A model generated the notes under the pieces. It saw only the letters and a list, made by a program, of their open reading frames with translations. It was not told where the DNA came from and did no database searches. A stretch of DNA of 64,000 nucleotides. Origin: Octopus sinensis. Its lineage: Eukaryota. The translations under genes were made by a program, and so were the position numbers. The stretch lies in the NCBI RefSeq assembly GCF_006345805.1, contig NC_043010.1, positions 21,390,001 through 21,454,000 on the forward strand. The letters are read 5' to 3'. Below are positions 58,825-64,000 of the stretch, in pieces. Each line of letters begins with the position of its first letter. Within the stretch, counting starts at the first letter, position 1.

Positions 58825-60307
58825 TGAAGATTTGCTGCTAAGATGTGAGTGGGTTTCCCAAAGACATTAGCAGATTAAGCGTTGAAAATGGAAAATACAA
58901 AACAAACCTGCGTTTCCAAACACAGTTAAGAGTAAATATACATCTTATACACTTACCTTAGTTTCCAAATCCATTTACACATACTTGTCTATTCACACAC
59001 ATTTACATAAACGCTATCTCAGATATATTCCTCATTTAACCTTATAATATACAGCCTCCATAATTCCTGTTAGTTGATATAATAATACTGATTTATAAAC
59101 GCTGATCGATAAATTTCTAGATTCGAAATGTATTCATGAAATATCTACTTCAATGAATTCTCTCGTTTGGTAATTTGCTCGTAGATTTCCTGGAATTCAA
59201 TGGCTGGAAGAACCCTATCAAAATGTAATCTCTCCTCATTTTACTATGAACAGGTTTGTCTTGCTGAGACTCACTTGTATTAAAAGGTTTTAAATATTCC
59301 ACCATATCCAAGAGGCAACAGTTGGTACACAAAATCTAAACGACGTTGGAACTTAGAACTTATATTATTTTTTTTCCTATTTTATTATTAGCTAAAGTCA
59401 ATAAGATTTCGGATCTCAGTTCAAGTGAAAGTCGTTTTTAGCTTTTATTTACTTGCACTAAAATCAAATTCTTCTCCATTAGTTCTTTCCCAGTCTTTTA
59501 TTCACCCTCATGCAGTTTATTCCAACAGATTACCATCCCCCCCTTTTTTTTTCTTTTTAGATCATTCTTTATTTTCTATTTTCTATCTCAGTTACTGCAA
59601 TTCAATGCGAATTACTGAGGCATTCATTCGATAACAAGGGTCCGGAATCTACCGATTAATCTTCATTGAAAACTGCTTCAAACAATCAAAGATGTTAACT
59701 GCACCACTGAGACTAGTAGAGTCCCTGTCGTTTCCGATTGCTCTATCAGTTTCTATATATTCCAAGTTGAAAATCCTATTCACAGACGAACGAAGAATTC
59801 TTTTTACAATTCAACCTAAATTAGTTCCCTTGATAACCATTTTCAAAATCTCACATTAAAGATTGTCATTTTGAAGAGAATTGCAGACAACTGATTGTTA
59901 TTTTTATTGATGTTGTTTGTGTTGTTTTCGTTATTGTCATTGATGGTGGCAGAGTAAATGGCCCTGCTGTTATTGTTTCTGCTATGTTTTAGCCCCAGGT
60001 CATTCCTCGTGAAATGGAATGATCAAGAATACCAGCATTCCATTCCTGTCTACGTATATTAGGGCTTTCATTAACCGATGTAATATATTAAGTATAATGG
60101 GTTGTGATTTGAGGGCTAATTGGTTGTTATTTCTGCCAGATGCACACAGAAACCACTCTGTATAATCGCCTTCATAGGCTCGTGTTTAATTCTGATTTTG
60201 TTGCTGAGACTGGGTTTGGTAAACAACTGATTATGACGGTCGCGATGCGGTTGATCTGTGGAAAATACAAACGCATAAAACCAAAGTATAGTATTTTCAA
60301 ACATTAA

Positions 60308-60456
60308 GCAGGAGTGGCTGTGTGGTAAGTAGCTTGGTTACAAACTACATGGTTCCGGATTCAATCCCACTGCGTGGCACCTTCGGAAAGTGCTTTAACT
60401 ATAGCCTCAGACCTTGTGAGTGGATTTCGTAGACGGAAACTGAAAGAATACCGTCG

Positions 60457-60539
<83 letters not shown>

Positions 60540-60762
60540 GTGTGTGTGTGTGTGTGTGTATTTGTGTGTCTGTGTTTCCCCCTCCATCGCTTGAAAACCG
60601 ATGTTGATATGTTTACGTCTCCGTAACTTAGTAATTCGGCAAACGTAACCGATAGAATAAGTACTAGGCTTCCAAAGAATAGGTCATGGGATCGATCTGC
60701 TCGGCTAAAGGTAGTGCTTCAGCATGGCCGCAGTCAAATGACTAAAAAAAAATAAAAGAAAA
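60308..60762 (+). mobile_element. Full-length SINE family A with internal (TA)n(TG)n
   Basis: Same structure as 18371-18890. Confidence 0.87.
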
Positions 60763-60817
60763 ACTATGCATTGAAATACTGAAAACTTCCAAGTTAGCTC
60801 GCTGTGAGAAAGGCACA

Positions 60818-60862
<45 letters not shown>

Positions 60863-61026
60863 AACTCGTGAGTGAGTGGCCGTGTTATCTCAACACAAAA
60901 AGGATTGTGCGATGAGGTGTTTTGTCGTCTGCTGAACGGGGAGGGTATTCTACAGAACCTATTTCTACTTACCTAATTTCGTTTTTAACATAAGTTTTAC
61001 GCGCTTGAAACCTCTTAATCTTTTCA

Positions 61027-61084
<58 letters not shown>

Positions 61085-61654
61085 ATCTATCTATCTACAT
61101 ATCTATCTATCTCTATATAAACATACATATACATTTATGCACACGTATAAGTGTGTGCATGTGTGTTGACGCTTAGCCGTGTGTATATAGACTGGCGTGA
61201 GCTTGGTATTGCTGTGTTTATCCAGTCAATATCAGTTGTTTCCTCTGCTTTAGTATATTGAATGACATTCCGAAATGACTTTTATTCGGAAGCTTAAAGG
61301 CAAGATAATAAGATTTGTGCTGTCAAACAATCTACCGTTCGCCGTCAGAAATCGGACTCAATATGTAATGGCCGAAGTTCGCACCACGGTTTTTTAAAAT
61401 GCATAATGTCATCATATATTCTAGCCAAACATAAACACACGCTCTTGCTATAAATGTTTGAATGAAAGCTAAACTAGTTAAAGGTTCACAAAAGGCTAAC
61501 ATATCTGCGTATCCAGATGCGTCGATGCTAAGTTGGGAAAGAGGTGCATATTTATCTTTAAGAGAGAAAACTCTTTGGCTGATATTTATACATCGTTTCT
61601 GTTAGCCAAACCAAAGCTTCTTAAAATTCTACTAATCCGCCACATTGATAGAGG

Positions 61655-61790
61655 TACTTTATTTATCGATCTCGAAACTATAAGGTACAATGTTGACACC
61701 GGTGAGGATTGATTTGAGACTGCCGAGAGTCTGAACAATTAGCCAAACGTATTCTCTCCCACACGGTAACGACTCTGCTAATTTGCCGCT
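61655..61790 (-). mobile_element. Highly degraded SINE family B
   Basis: TTTATCGATCTCGAAA...GTTGAC...GATTTGA...TAACGACTCTGCTAATTTGCCGC. Confidence 0.5.
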
Positions 61791-62245
61791 TGTATGTGGT
61801 AACACTATTTTATGATTTTTCTGAAATTTTTCTGGAGATGTAACTGAAAGCAAGGTTGGCCTCTCTTGTTTATTGTATTTAAAGAATTTGTTCGTTCACA
61901 ACAGACAACATTTTCTTCAAGAACAGTTAACAATCGTTCACCTACTCGCTCAGGCACTTGAAACGACACATGTATAAGAACTGATTTCCATAATAACAAT
62001 CACGAGCCTTTTCTGGGACTCATGGCTAAATTTCTCGTTTGGCACTGACACATTTAATGATCAGACATACTTTGCTCATCCATAAAGTGAAATAAGGCCG
62101 AAATAAGTCGCGTTTTGGTTATTAGAAATATTTAGTTTCAACAAGGTGTGTTGAAAGTCATTTGCGTTGTATACCTAGAAGTACATTTACAGACGTACAC
62201 ACATGAGCACACACACACACACATCAATGTTCACATACGTTTTTA

Positions 62246-62457
62246 CGAGGAGTCACTGAAAAGTTCCTGGTTTTAGGGTTATCGTGAAAGGCCTGGTTGG
62301 AAACCCCGCTTCCGAGTTCTTTTACAAGGCGTAGAAAACCGGAAGAACCACTGCAATAAGTGAGTGAATCTGAGAGGGGAATATGCTGAATCAAAGCATA
62401 ACTGATTTTCCTGAAATTTCTTTTACCCAAAGCCAGGAACTTTTCAGCACTCCCTCA
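62246..62457 (+). mobile_element. Internally deleted mariner derivative (MITE-like)
   Basis: TIRs CGAGGAGTCACTGAAAAGTTCCTGG / CCAGGAACTTTTCAGCACTCCCTCA with TA flanks. Interior keeps the transposase C-terminus (HCNK*VNLRGEYAE). Confidence 0.8.
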
Positions 62458-64000
62458 TATAAAACACACACAAGTGTGTATTTGGGCGTATATGTGTGGG
62501 TTTGTGTATGTATTCGGTATTCTAAGAATCCCTTTTCTCAAATGAACTTTGATATCTGAATAAATAACATATTATTTGGTCAATTTTACAAGACCTAAAT
62601 CCTCGCTCAAACGCTGTACGCGTACTACACACACACACCGTAAACGTTCAGTAAAATTTCGAAGTTCCTATCGATAAAGCTAATGAAAATATCTGCCTCT
62701 ACGTCTTTATTCAGCCCTTTAGTTAATACTCTGTAATGTTTGTGAAAATTTGCTCTGCTTAAATACATACATAGATATGTATATGTCTATATACATACAT
62801 ATATGTATATATATATAGACATGTGTATATATTATATATAAATATGTATTTATTGTACATATATATATATACAAACACACAAACACATATTCACGCACAC
62901 ACACATATCTACATGCATACACATACACAGCACACATTCGTCTATGTACATATAAATCGATACAGGCACACATTCCAACAACGTGCTAACTATACACTTA
63001 TCAAACAGAACAGTTGTCCAGCTTTCATTTTATCGTGATTTATGATGGCAGCTTATCACTTGATCAATTTGTTGTGGATATCTCTCTATGATATCTGTAA
63101 ATTACAGCGTTATTGTCAAAGAGGTTCCATTAGAGATTTCAAAATAAAAAAGAAATATTACATCAAAATTTAATTTTTCATTTGACATTTACTGACTCAA
63201 ACTACAAAATGTTCACTATTGATTTTATTATAAATATCAGCTTCTAAATAATTCACTTGGGAAGCAACAATTTTACCTAGCATTCTACGTTGTCTTTCCA
63301 CACTAGTTTTATTTCAATGTCATATTTACACATATTCACACATGTGCTCTCTCACCCTCTAGCTGTCTCTTTCTCCATCTCCCTCCCTCTCGTATTCCCT
63401 CTGTCTCTCACTTCCTCTCTCTGTTCATATACACGCACACATACACATATTCACATAGAGCAGATTCGCATATATTCGTATACATTACTTAAAATCAGCA
63501 AAATTTCGAAGTTACTTGCAAAAAAGTAAATGAAAATATCTGACACTACATTTATGTTCATGCCTTTAATTAATATTCACAGGATTTATGCTCATGAGAT
63601 CTTTCATTTTGACTATGTTACACGTAAAAACACACAAAAGCACAAACAGACACAGTCACACAAATACACTTGCCTAGTGACACACAATCATGCACAGCAC
63701 TCTCACATGCACATACACATATGCACATAATGATATGCTTCTCTGGTTAAGAAATTAGCTTCGAAATTTCGTCTTTTTGGTTTCATTTCCACTATACGAC
63801 TTTCCGACTAAGGAAATATTTTGCGTAACATTAGTGGACCAAAACTCTGAGGAAATCTCCAAGAATCCTTTGGTTTTAGGTTGGTAAGCGTAATGGTCCC
63901 AGCATCCACCTTGTTGCAGGTATTCGGTTGATGGATAACATTTTACCATCAACCTTTCTGTTAAATAGGGTTTGACAATGCATTGAATGTGTCCCGTCTT

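Overview
AT-rich, microsatellite-dense eukaryotic non-coding DNA. The tRNA-derived SINE families and (TA)n/(TCTA)n density suggest an octopus-like cephalopod (inference). I found no convincing host gene, and most short ORFs in the track are translated microsatellites. Recognisable elements: several SINE families, a Helitron helicase remnant with its 3' end, a mariner element and a mariner deletion derivative, a 5'-truncated RTE LINE, a decayed Chapaev3-like transposon, and Penelope-like elements (PLEs). The main observation is a recurring PLE-derived architecture inserted in (TA)n tracts: an inverted 5'-truncated copy joined to a 5'-truncated copy with a 3' tail. It ranges from about 200-bp hairpins to a 5.3-kb palindrome encoding RT plus GIY-YIG endonuclease. 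About seven sequence-unrelated type I hammerhead-ribozyme (HHR) motifs can be read by eye in these inserts; they have palindromic stem III, stem II from about 10 to about 100 nt, and in some cases non-canonical cores. All folds were done by hand and are untested.
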